A stretch of 64,000 nt of DNA from an uncultured Chloroflexia bacterium (lineage in GTDB: Bacteria > Chloroflexota > Anaerolineae > CG2-30-64-16). The notes below the pieces were generated by a model. It saw only the letters and a program-made list of their open reading frames with translations. It was not told where the DNA came from and ran no database searches. This document shows, in pieces, positions 10,673-19,881 of the stretch (positions within the stretch are counted from its first letter, which is position 1; each line of letters starts with the position of its first letter). The translations under genes and the position numbers were made by a program. The stretch spans positions 544,001-608,000 of the forward strand of contig CAWEMM010000009.1 in assembly GCA_963810095.1 (NCBI GenBank), written 5' to 3'.

Positions 10673-11328
10673 CCCCGGCTGGCCTCGGCCGTCCCGTACC
10701 GGTGCTGATACCGGTCGTGGTTCGCCGCGATCTCCTCGGCGGGAAGCGTCTCCACCTGGCCGATCTGCATGGCGAGCCAGACAGTCTTGGCGACATCTTC
10801 CACCATTACCGCCGCCTTCAGCGCCTTCTCGACCGTCGCGCCGATGGTAAACACGCCGTGTTGCCGCATCAGGATCGCCACCGACTCGCCAATGTGTTCG
10901 AGCGCCGTCTCGCCGATACCGGCGCCGCCGATGCGGACGTAGGGCGCACACGGAATCTCCACGCCGAACTCGTCTGCGATGGCAGTCAGGCATACGGGGA
11001 TCGATCTGCCGACCGCGGCGAATGCAGTGGCGTAGTTCGAGTGCGTGTGTATGACGCCCCCCAGGTCGGCCCGGCCCCGATAGATCGCGCAGTGGGAGTG
11101 CGTGTCCGTCGAGGCGCCAAGCGTGCCTTCCACCACCCTGCCGTCGATGTCCACGACGACCATATTCTCTGGGCTGAGTTCTTCGAACATAACGCCCGAC
11201 GGCTTGATGACGATCAGGCCAGACTCCGGGTCGCGGGCCGACGCATTGCCGGCCGTCCAGGTGACCAGGTTGTACTTCGGCAAGGCCATGTTGGCGCGAT
11301 AGACGCGCTCGCGGAGAGCTTCGAGCAT
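10669..11328 (-). CDS. araD: L-ribulose-5-phosphate 4-epimerase (class II aldolase family)
   Basis: LVTWTAGNAS, IKPSGV, STDTxxH, HTHS, HGVFT. Confidence 0.85.
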   Translation of the reverse strand: MLEALRERVYRANMALPKYNLVTWTAGNASARDPESGLIVIKPSGVMFEELSPENMVVVDIDGRVVEGTLGASTDTHSHCAIYRGRADLGGVIHTHSNYATAFAAVGRSIPVCLTAIADEFGVEIPCAPYVRIGGAGIGETALEHIGESVAILMRQHGVFTIGATVEKALKAAVMVEDVAKTVWLAMQIGQVETLPAEEIAANHDRYQHRYGTAEASRG

Positions 11329-11527
11329 ATGGGCAACTCCAGGATGGGGTGAAGCACGATCCATCTCGCCGAATCGCGCCGGCTTATAACGATTTACGCT
11401 GGCCTAATGTTAATGCGAATCCGGCAGTAGGACAAATTGAGTAGGGATTAATCGGGCGAACGCGCCTTGTCTCTGCAGGTAAATGAGCGTAGAAAGGAAG
11501 GCGACTTTGTAAACGGCTGGAGGAAGC

Positions 11528-12022
11528 TTGATGGATGCGCGGAATTTGTGGCGACCGACAACCAAACGCCCCATGCGATCACGAGGCATGCTGCTGCAGC
11601 CGCCCCCGCGACCGGCAACAGACGCCCGCCTGACGCGGTTTACGACCTTGCTGGATACGCTGACTGCGGGAGAGAGTGCGTTGGATGCAGCGCGTCGGCT
11701 GGTAGAACAAGGCGACCCGGCACAGGCCGAGCGCACGTTGACCGAGTTCGTCTTGCGCGCCCAGCCGGTGCTGGAGCATTCGCAAGATCTGCCTCTGGAA
11801 TATGTGGACCTGCTGGGGCAGAACCTGACACGCTGCCTTGTCGCCCGAGCCGGCGCTCGTGTGGAGCAGGCGATGGGCGCAGAGCCCGGTGCGACCGCAA
11901 TGCTGCGTGCCGCGCGCGAGGACGTGGCTTCTGTGAACAAAGTGCCCGCCGAGTGGCTGGATCAGAAGACCCGCACGGCGCTGCGGCGTTTGGAGCACGT
12001 GCTCGAGCCCGCCGCGGCGTAG
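11528..12022 (+). CDS. Hypothetical all-helical protein
   Basis: GGAGG RBS at 11519; amphipathic TPR-like helices; no recognised family. Confidence 0.6.
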   Translation: MMDARNLWRPTTKRPMRSRGMLLQPPPRPATDARLTRFTTLLDTLTAGESALDAARRLVEQGDPAQAERTLTEFVLRAQPVLEHSQDLPLEYVDLLGQNLTRCLVARAGARVEQAMGAEPGATAMLRAAREDVASVNKVPAEWLDQKTRTALRRLEHVLEPAAA

Positions 12023-12109
12023 GGCCGGCGCGGTAAGTTTGGCGCAGTAACCGGCGAGGGCGGCCACATTTGGGCCGCCCTCGCCGCGTCAGTTTTCCAC
12101 AAGCGCGGC

Positions 12110-13408
12110 TTAGTAGTAGGTCTGCAAGAACGTCTGCCCGAGCGCCACGCATCCCTGGCGGTCGACGCATTGGGCGGGGACGTTCTCCACGTACAGGTCC
12201 CAGTTGTGGCTACCCCCATTCGGCAGCTGCGCGGCAATCCGGTAGCGGCCGACTCCCTGCAACTCGAACTGGAATCGCCCGGGTGTATCTCCCACCTTGC
12301 CTTCCACCCGGTAGTTCTGGTCGTTGACCTGCAAGGTGATATAGCGGCCGATGTGGTTCTCGACGACGAGCCAGGCGACGTTTTTCTTGGCGGGTTGCGG
12401 TGGTGGTTTGGGCGCAGCGGGCGCAGCCGGGGCCTTGGCGACCGCCACCCCGGCCAGGTCGATGTTGAAGGCCAGGTACTGCGCGCTGGCCCACGCTTCC
12501 TGCACCTCGGAAAAGCCGAGCTTGGCCCACTTGCTGTCGGCCGTCCGGCCGACGACTCGCACCCCGTCACCCTTTTTTAGCGCGCCGACGACCGGGTAAT
12601 TCGTGCCGGGCCCGCCTCGGACGTTCAGAGAATCTGAGGTCACCACCGCGTCTCCCGTCTCCGCAGACCGCTGGGGTGCGGTGGGGGTCGAGCGGTTGAT
12701 GCTCTTCCGGCCAACCGCCGGGCTCGTGCTGGTCGTCCCGGGCTTGTTCCAAAGGCTGAAGTTGTCGAAGCTCGCCTCGAGATCGCCATCGGTGTTAGTG
12801 CCCGCCAACACGGCGATCTGTCCGTCAGCAAAGCTCCGGTCTTGCACCCGGTCCAGTTCCTCGTCGTTCGCGTACATGGACAGCTCGCGGCCGTTGGCCA
12901 GCACGCCGAGCCGGTTCTGCGCTCCCTCGCCCGTCTTCAGGGCCTTGGTTTGGGTCCACTCGACCGGCCGGCTCACTTCGCCGTCTACGTACTTGAGCAG
13001 AGCATACCAGCCGTCGGCACTCGTGAGAAAGGCGTAGAAGTTATCCACGTCCTGATAGCGAAAGATAATCCCTAGCATCGCGTCGGCCGGCCCGGCGTCT
13101 TCTGTGGCATCCACCTGCACGTAGAAGTCTTTGAAGGCTTGCGGTGCGTCGAGGGCGGCCCAGCGGAAGAGCTCGGATTCGGGCACGCGCAGCGTGAGGG
13201 CGCCCGAGGCAATCGTGCGAAGGGGATCGCGGCCTTCGTCGACCGTCCACTGGCCTTTGTCGCGGCTGAAGGTGTCGCTGACTTCGCTTGCGCCTTTGCG
13301 CCAGTCGTCAGGGCTCGGGCCCTGGGCTGCGGCGCGCGCCGAGGGCAGGACGAGGGCAAGCATCATGGAGAGCACGAGCGGCAACGAAAATGCTCGGAGA
13401 CCGGTCAT
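12110..13408 (-). CDS. Secreted protein: DUF1080-like beta-sandwich, SH3b domain and C-terminal domain
   Basis: Signal peptide; DFYVQVDA..GIIFR..NFYAF..FDNF; LNVRGGPGTNYPVVGAL..W..W. Confidence 0.8.
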   Translation of the reverse strand: MTGLRAFSLPLVLSMMLALVLPSARAAAQGPSPDDWRKGASEVSDTFSRDKGQWTVDEGRDPLRTIASGALTLRVPESELFRWAALDAPQAFKDFYVQVDATEDAGPADAMLGIIFRYQDVDNFYAFLTSADGWYALLKYVDGEVSRPVEWTQTKALKTGEGAQNRLGVLANGRELSMYANDEELDRVQDRSFADGQIAVLAGTNTDGDLEASFDNFSLWNKPGTTSTSPAVGRKSINRSTPTAPQRSAETGDAVVTSDSLNVRGGPGTNYPVVGALKKGDGVRVVGRTADSKWAKLGFSEVQEAWASAQYLAFNIDLAGVAVAKAPAAPAAPKPPPQPAKKNVAWLVVENHIGRYITLQVNDQNYRVEGKVGDTPGRFQFELQGVGRYRIAAQLPNGGSHNWDLYVENVPAQCVDRQGCVALGQTFLQTYY

Positions 13409-13796
13409 GAGCAGTCGTTCCTTTCGCAGCGTGGCAGCGTTGCAACGTTGGAATAGGGGCCATCATACGCCCGAGCGGCGTATTGCGCAACCTGGCGAAG
13501 GCAGAGCTGTGCGTGCCGTGCGTGCAATCGGCTGGTGCTGCGACGGCAACTCCGCCTGCCTGTGACGCCCTCCGCGTCAAGGCAAATCTGTGCAGATTGA
13601 CTTTCTTGTGAAATGCGTCATGGAAGTTGTGCTGACCCTCGGCTTTGTCCGGCGAACTTGCATGTAATTGTGAGTGTAACGTTTGGGCTTTACAACGAGC
13701 ATAGCAGGGAGTACAATGCACCTGTCTGCGAACGAGCGGACTGTTCAGGCGGCGGACCTGGTCATCTTGAAGGCCTCGATACTGGAGGGAACGACA

Positions 13797-14672
13797 ATGA
13801 ATCGACGCATTTTCCCCGTATCTCTGTTTGTGATCGCAGTGCTCCTCTTCACTTTCGGCGCAGCCAACGCTGCACTCGTCACCACGAACATTCTGCGCTC
13901 CTGGGATGACGGGTTGAACCGGTACGAGAACGGCAACCTGACGATGTTCCTGAACACGGACCGGCAGCCGTTCTACACGCAGTTGGACTTTGACACGAGC
14001 CTGCATCCGGACGCGTGCGGTGCGGGCACCAACAGCCAATGGGCGGGCGATGCGACGATTGGCCTGTACCACACGGACAACAACCCGCCTGGTGCGCCGG
14101 GCTTTCAGAGTTCGGGCAACTGGAAGTTGGTCAAGTGCAGCACCTTCAACACGAACAAGTATCCGGCCGCGGCCGACGTTCTCGCCCCCTGTGTCCCGGG
14201 CAACCCCGGCGACGCAGTTGACAAGGGCTGCGTCCTGATCGGTACGCCGGATGTCATCGTCACGTGCTCGACGGGCAACTGCACGGACGAGATCGAGACG
14301 CAGTTCCACGTCAACATCGATCCGGGCGACGGGGTGAATGCGGCGACTAAGTGCGACGGGACCATGGACGCGCCGTTTGCCGGCGTGTGGTCGTCCAACC
14401 CCAAGAACAACAACCTGTGCATGTACTGGGACGCGGTCAAGCCGCCCCAGACGGCCAAAGCCGACGCGTGGGGCGGCAACATCCAGGTGCGTTACGGCGC
14501 GGGTGTGGGTGGTGACAAGACCATCAACTTCAACGACCTGCTCGGTCCCAACGCAGTCAGTATTTCGCAGCTGAAGGCGGTCGGGGACGCGAATCGGGGC
14601 TCACTCGCAGCATTGGCCGGCGGGATGCTGCTGGCCGCGCTCGGCCTGTTTGTCTGGCGGCGCCGCTCGTAG
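13797..14672 (+). CDS. Secreted Cys-rich protein with C-terminal anchor, copy 1
   Basis: GGAGGG RBS, signal peptide ending ANA, 8 Cys, GPNAVSISQLKA + TM helix + RRRS tail. Confidence 0.85.
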   Translation: MNRRIFPVSLFVIAVLLFTFGAANAALVTTNILRSWDDGLNRYENGNLTMFLNTDRQPFYTQLDFDTSLHPDACGAGTNSQWAGDATIGLYHTDNNPPGAPGFQSSGNWKLVKCSTFNTNKYPAAADVLAPCVPGNPGDAVDKGCVLIGTPDVIVTCSTGNCTDEIETQFHVNIDPGDGVNAATKCDGTMDAPFAGVWSSNPKNNNLCMYWDAVKPPQTAKADAWGGNIQVRYGAGVGGDKTINFNDLLGPNAVSISQLKAVGDANRGSLAALAGGMLLAALGLFVWRRRS

Positions 14673-14693
14673 CTGCCGCGCCGTCGCTCCTCT

Positions 14694-14735
14694 CAGACCT
14701 CCAGACCTTCCGTTTTCGGCCAGGCCTGGAGGTCT
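14694..14735. repeat. Family D palindrome / possible terminator
   Basis: AGACCTCCAGACCT...AGGCCTGGAGGTCT; related to 32937-32972. Confidence 0.55.
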
Positions 14736-14955
14736 TTATGTTGTCCTTCTCCATTTCTTCAACCAAAATAACAATAATTGTCTCTAAGCCCCTCCCTGCT
14801 CCTGCGTATTTGTAGAAACCTCTGATTGTAATCAAGACGCCATTCAATAGGTGCACTGATAGTAAGATGCTTGTGCCGACTACGCGCGGGCCAGGCCTCA
14901 CCCCTGCTCAGCCCTGGCCGCGGCTCCGGTCAGCATTCCACTCGTGGAGGAAATC

Positions 14956-15835
14956 ATGTCCAGTCGTCGAGTCTTCGCCATAGGCCTAATGGTCATGGCG
15001 CTGCTTCTTGTCACCCTCGGTGCAGCCAACGCTGCACTCGTCACGACGAATATCCTGCGCTCCTGGGACGACGGGTTGAGCCGGTACGAGAACGGCAACC
15101 TGACGATGTACCTGAACACGGACCGGCAGCCGTTCTACACGCAGTTGGACTTTGACACGAGCCTGCATCCGGACGCGTGCGGTGCGGGCACCAACAGCCA
15201 ATGGGCGGGCGATGCGACGATTGGCCTGTACCACACGGACAACAACCCGCCTGGTGCGCCGGGCTTCCAGAATTCGGGCAACTGGAAGCTGGTCAAGTGC
15301 ACCACCTTCGACACGAACAAGTATCCGGCTCCAGCCGACATCCTGGCGACCTGCGTGGCGGGCAACCCCGGTGATGCGACCGACAAGGGCTGTGTCCTCA
15401 TCGGCTCTCCGGACAATGTGGTCGGCGTGCTCGACTGGCAACTGCACGAACGAGATCGAGACCAAGTTCCACGTCAACATCGATCCGGGCGACGGGGTGA
15501 ATGCGGCGACTAAGTGCGACGGGACCATCGACGCGCCGTTTGCGGGGGTGTGGTCGTCCAACCCCAAGAACAACAACCTGTGCATGTACTGGGACGCGGC
15601 GAAGCCGCCCCAGACGGCCAAAGCCGACGCATGGGGCGGCAACATCCAGGTGCGTTACGGCACGGGGGTGGGTGGTGACAAGACCATCAACTTCAACGAT
15701 CTGCTCGGCCCCAACGCAGTCAACATTTCGCAGCTGAAGGCAGTCGGTGAGGCCAGCAAGGCGTCGCTGGCGGCGTGGGCGGCTGCCATGATGCTGGCGG
15801 CGTCGGCGCTTTTCTTGTGGCGCCGGAAGGCCTAA
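14956..15835 (+). CDS. Secreted Cys-rich protein with C-terminal anchor, copy 2 (frameshift near 15425)
   Basis: Long nucleotide-identical stretches with 13797-14672; GPNAVNISQLKA + TM + RRKA. Confidence 0.85.
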
Positions 15836-15845
15836 CCTCGACACA

Positions 15846-15880
15846 TAAAACCAGGCGCCCTCAGAGGGCGCCTGGTTTTT
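15846..15880. terminator. Bidirectional terminator
   Basis: AAAACCAGGCGCCCTC-A-GAGGGCGCCTGGTTTT between convergent genes. Confidence 0.85.
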
Positions 15881-15914
15881 GGTGCGTTGCATCGCGTTGC
15901 GCCCGCGCAGGGAA

Positions 15915-16764
15915 TCAGGGCGCGCTTAGAAACTCGTTGACCAGCGTTATGAACTCCTCGGGCCGGTCCCGCTGCGCCCAGTGTCCCGCACCCGGCAGCA
16001 CTTCCAGCCGGCAGTCGGGAATCATCCAGCACGCTTCCTTCGCATACTGCACCGGCACGAGCGTGTCCGCGCCCCCGTGAACGATCAGCGTCCTGGCGGC
16101 AACCTGGTCGAGCCGGGGCATGAAGTTCGTGCGCAGCCCGTGCCAGAGCGTCTCGTGCTTCTGAAATGCGTTGAATGCTTTGCCCGCACGCGGCTTTCGA
16201 GACTCTGCCAAGACTGCGTCGAGCAGTTCCTCCGTCAGTGCGCCGGGCGTGCGCACCAGCTGCCCTAGTGAGGCGCGCATGGCCGAGCGGCTGCGCGTGC
16301 TCAGGTACGTCATCTCCGTAACGAACGGGATGCGCACCAGCAAATAACTGAGCCACTGGGGTGGATACTGCGGTTGGATGCCCGTACGTGTCGACGAGCA
16401 CCAGGCGCCGCACACGCTCGCGATGACCCAGGGCGTAATCCAGGGATATCCCGCCACCCATCGAGAGGCCTGCCAGGTCGAACTGCGTGAGCCCCCAGGC
16501 ATCAACGAGCGCCGAGAGCACGTTGCAATAGTAGTCGAGGGAGTACGGGGCTTCCGGCCGGTCACTCTCGCCGTACCCGGGTAGATCCGGCGCGATCACC
16601 CGCCGACCTGCGGCGAGCGCCTCCATCACGCCGCCCCACGAAAGAATCGCGGAATCTGTGCCACCCCCGTGGAGCAAGACCAGCGGCGGCTGCTCCGCCG
16701 TCTCGCCGGCGGCAAGGAACCGGATGCGCACGCCCGCAAGCATCAGGGTTTGAGATGTGATCAT
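15915..16764 (-). CDS. Alpha/beta fold hydrolase (frameshift near 16380)
   Basis: LVLLHGG, APDLPGYGES, GLSMGG nucleophile elbow, HGGADTLVP, GAGHW. Confidence 0.88.
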
Positions 16765-17058
16765 ACGCCCTCTCGAACCCCCGGGGACAGCCCGGCCCGG
16801 GGCGATCGCTGAAAACGACTGGAGCGCCGCGTCGATGCGGTGCGAGCAGTATCCTCCCGAAAGCCGCGACTGCCAAAAGTGATCATGTCACATCGGACGG
16901 TGCCCGCCAGCAGCGTGGAGGGGGGCAGCATGATGAGTTCGAAAAGTTGATATCGGCGGCCGCTTCGGCTAAACTGTGTTGGAACCACGTTGCGCGCACG
17001 TGCCTCCACGCCCGGCCGATTATGGAGGCTTCGCATCCATTTCCGGGAGGGTCATACC

Positions 17059-18669
17059 ATGTCTCGTCGCGTACTCCTGCTGCGCGGTGCGCCCCGTCGT
17101 CGGCTGTTGGCCGCGTGCTTGACCGCGCTTGTTCTGCTCGCGGCCGTGCCCGTCGCGTCGGCCGCCTTGCCCCAGGCAAGGGCCGAGAGTCTCAGCCCCG
17201 CGGGCCCGCCGTGTCTCAACTGCACGCCCTGGCGCACAATCAACACCGACAATGGGACGGTGGATGATCTGGGTAACGCACAGGTCTATGCGCCCTCGCC
17301 GGCCTGCACCAACGCCAACCTGGCCGACTACCTCGAGATCAAGCAAGCCTGGATCGTCAATGACGGCCGCGCGTTCTACTTCCGCATCCAGCTATGCGTC
17401 GCGCCCACCACCCAGCAGCGCAACAACCTGCGCATGGGCGCGGGCCTCGACTGCAACCATGACGGCGACGTGGCCGACCCCTGGGGCAACCAAACCAACC
17501 CCAATTCGGGCGACCGTAAGTTCGTGTATCAGGCTGCGAGTGACCAGGTGCTCGTGCTGGATGGGCAGAACACCACCGTGCTTAATCTGCCTTCGGGAGG
17601 CGCGATCTACGGAGAGGAGCTGTCCGGCTCGACCGTCTACGAGTGGCAGGCGCCGCTCGAACGAGTCTATCCCGGCTGCCGAGGCAGTGTGAGCGTGATC
17701 GGCCTGGGAGTGGGAACCGTTGCCTTGCCGAGCCCGGCTCCGAAAGACCAGACGCCTTCGTATGACTGGAGCCATCCCATCGATTACGGCGACGCCGTGA
17801 ACCCAGATCCCACCCAGGGAACGTGCAGCCAGTATCCCTCCCGGGTCGGTTGCGACGGCGCTCGACACGGTCTGTACGTCCCGCCGGGTTTGTCTGAGCC
17901 GCTGCGTCTGGGGAGCCTGGTGGATGCGGATGACGGGACCAACCAGGATGCAGCCGCGGTTGCGGACGATACGACGGGGACCGCCGACGAGGATGGGGTC
18001 GGCCCCACCCCAGGGGTCGCATGGACGCCGGGTGGGCAGGGTTCGATCGACGCGACGGTGACCGGGGGGACGGGCTATCTCAGTTGCTGGGTCGATTGGA
18101 ACAACAACACCAGCTGGAGCGACGCGGGCGACAACGTGATGTCTGACCGGCCGGTGGCGCTCGGGCTGAACCGGCTGACCTTCAGCGTGCCTGCGGGCCT
18201 GACCTACCCGACCAGCTTCATAGCACGCTGCCGCCTGTCGCCGGGCGCCAACCAGGCCGCCACCGTGACGGGCACAGCCGAGTTCGGCGAGGTGGAGGAC
18301 CACTCCTGGAGCTTTGATGGGGCGGGCCGGCCCATCTTGCCGGACGCGCCCAGCGCCGTAACAGATCTCGCAATTGCCGCCAGCGGGACAAGTGACGTCA
18401 AGTTGAGCTGGAGCAATCCGCCGCCCAACAATGGTGCGCGTGTCCTGGCCCATGCCAGCAACCCGTACTTCACCTCAGCGACCGGGGGCTTCGCGCTAGA
18501 CACGACTGTCAGCGCCGCGCCGTGGGAGTACGTTCATGCGGGCGTCCGCGGCACGCCACCCGACGCGTTCTACTATATCGTCTACGGCCGGCTTGGCTCT
18601 GCCGACGCCGCCGCGCCGTCCAACCGGGTGGGCCTGTTCGAGTTCGGGCTCGTCGCCGGGCAACCATAG
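17059..18669 (+). CDS. Secreted GEVED domain protein
   Basis: Signal peptide; DYGDA, DxDDG..DEDGV, WVDWNNN, FGEVEDH; FN3-like tail ending SNRVGLFEFGL. Confidence 0.85.
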   Translation: MSRRVLLLRGAPRRRLLAACLTALVLLAAVPVASAALPQARAESLSPAGPPCLNCTPWRTINTDNGTVDDLGNAQVYAPSPACTNANLADYLEIKQAWIVNDGRAFYFRIQLCVAPTTQQRNNLRMGAGLDCNHDGDVADPWGNQTNPNSGDRKFVYQAASDQVLVLDGQNTTVLNLPSGGAIYGEELSGSTVYEWQAPLERVYPGCRGSVSVIGLGVGTVALPSPAPKDQTPSYDWSHPIDYGDAVNPDPTQGTCSQYPSRVGCDGARHGLYVPPGLSEPLRLGSLVDADDGTNQDAAAVADDTTGTADEDGVGPTPGVAWTPGGQGSIDATVTGGTGYLSCWVDWNNNTSWSDAGDNVMSDRPVALGLNRLTFSVPAGLTYPTSFIARCRLSPGANQAATVTGTAEFGEVEDHSWSFDGAGRPILPDAPSAVTDLAIAASGTSDVKLSWSNPPPNNGARVLAHASNPYFTSATGGFALDTTVSAAPWEYVHAGVRGTPPDAFYYIVYGRLGSADAAAPSNRVGLFEFGLVAGQP

Positions 18670-18710
18670 CAGGACGCGGGTGACCCCTTCATGGAGTCAC
18701 CCGCGTCCTG
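18670..18710. terminator. Hairpin between convergent genes
   Basis: CAGGACGCGGGTGAC...GTCACCCGCGTCCTG, 15-bp stem. Confidence 0.75.
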
Positions 18711-18722
18711 TTCCGTTCGAGC

Positions 18723-19097
18723 TTAGCCCAGCCGCCGGGTCTTGACGAAGTCGACGAGCGTGTCGAGCAACTGCTTGCGATACGCGGTTGCCTCGGCCAC
18801 GTGGCGCTCATGTACGTCGTAAACTGACTGCGGTACTCGCAGGTCACCCGCATCCACGACGATCGGCACCACGACGACCCGGTCGCCGTCGAGGCTGATC
18901 TCGGTGCGGGCCACTTCGACCTTCTCGCGGCCGATCTGCACCTGGCCGGTCGTGTCGAGCACTTGCACGCTTGTCACGACGGTCAGGTTCGAGCCGTCCG
19001 CAATCTGATCCGCAATCGTTTGCAGCGCGTTCCGGATGGACAGCTCGGGCGTCGGATTGGCGCGGTTCACCGTCGGTTGTGTTTCACTGTCCGGCAT
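18723..19097 (-). CDS. Hypothetical protein, paralog triad member 3
   Basis: GAGGAGG RBS; ARTEISLDGD and HERHVAEATAYRKQLL motifs shared with the two upstream genes. Confidence 0.85.
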   Translation of the reverse strand: MPDSETQPTVNRANPTPELSIRNALQTIADQIADGSNLTVVTSVQVLDTTGQVQIGREKVEVARTEISLDGDRVVVVPIVVDAGDLRVPQSVYDVHERHVAEATAYRKQLLDTLVDFVKTRRLG

Positions 19098-19139
19098 ACG
19101 AAAACCCTCCTCTGGAATCCAAAATCAATCTCAAACTCA

Positions 19140-19880
19140 TCAGCTAATGGTCCGTAGTTGACCGAGCGCCTGCACCTGGTCGATCACCTGGCGGACGAAA
19201 CGGTAGGCGGCTGGCAAGGCGAGCGCCGGGTTCAAGCTGAACAGCGCGCTCAGTTGGATCGCGCCCCGGGTGACCGTCAACCCGAGGCGCAGCCAGGCGT
19301 CGCGCGTCCTCAGGGCCAGCGCGACTGCGGCCACGTGCTGCTGTGCGTCGTCAAGTGCCAGGCCGCGGGCCCACACGGTCTGGAAGTCACCGGTCCACGA
19401 TACGAAGGTGAGGCCAATGCGCCCGCCATCCAATCCGGTGTCGATGGCGGCGTAGTTGCGCAGCGAATCGTGAACCTTGTCGAAAAACGCCGCGACCTGG
19501 TCCAGGGGTCCGCCGGCTGGCGGCGGAAGGGCGGCTGCATTGCTGGCCGCGACCCAATCGTACAAAGCGGTCTCGGGTGTGGCGAGCGCGGGCGGCAGCT
19601 CAGCCGGCGGACCACCTGCGCGCACAAAGGTCGTGAGCCGCCGGGCTGCGAACGGCAGGGCCAGTTCTGCCGCGGCCAGCCGGCGTTCTGCGCCCGCCAG
19701 GACGTTGCCCGCGGTCTTGCGATCTGCCGGCAGCGCAACCTGCCACAGTGTCACGTCCGGGCCCGGCTCCTCGCCCGCGCTCTCCAGGCCGAGGTCGCGC
19801 GGGGTCGCCACTGGCAGCGTCTGCCAGATCCCCAGCTCGTCGTCGCCCCCCGCGCTGCTCGCGAAGCCAAACTCCGGCAT
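19140..19880 (-). CDS. Hypothetical protein, paralog triad member 2, hydrophobic C-terminal segment
   Basis: GLTFVSWTGD and HVAAVALALRTRDAWL motifs; 1 bp from the upstream stop. Confidence 0.8.
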   Translation of the reverse strand: MPEFGFASSAGGDDELGIWQTLPVATPRDLGLESAGEEPGPDVTLWQVALPADRKTAGNVLAGAERRLAAAELALPFAARRLTTFVRAGGPPAELPPALATPETALYDWVAASNAAALPPPAGGPLDQVAAFFDKVHDSLRNYAAIDTGLDGGRIGLTFVSWTGDFQTVWARGLALDDAQQHVAAVALALRTRDAWLRLGLTVTRGAIQLSALFSLNPALALPAAYRFVRQVIDQVQALGQLRTIS

Positions 19881-19881
19881 G

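Noticed and set aside
10673-10993. N-terminal extension of the HAD ORF (327 aa in the track)
   Set aside because: Overlaps araD out of frame; the DxD motif begins right after ATG 10672.
13560-13640. c-di-GMP-I riboswitch upstream of the secreted proteins (GGCAAA present)
   Set aside because: No GAAA tetraloop stem or GACGCAAAG element follows.
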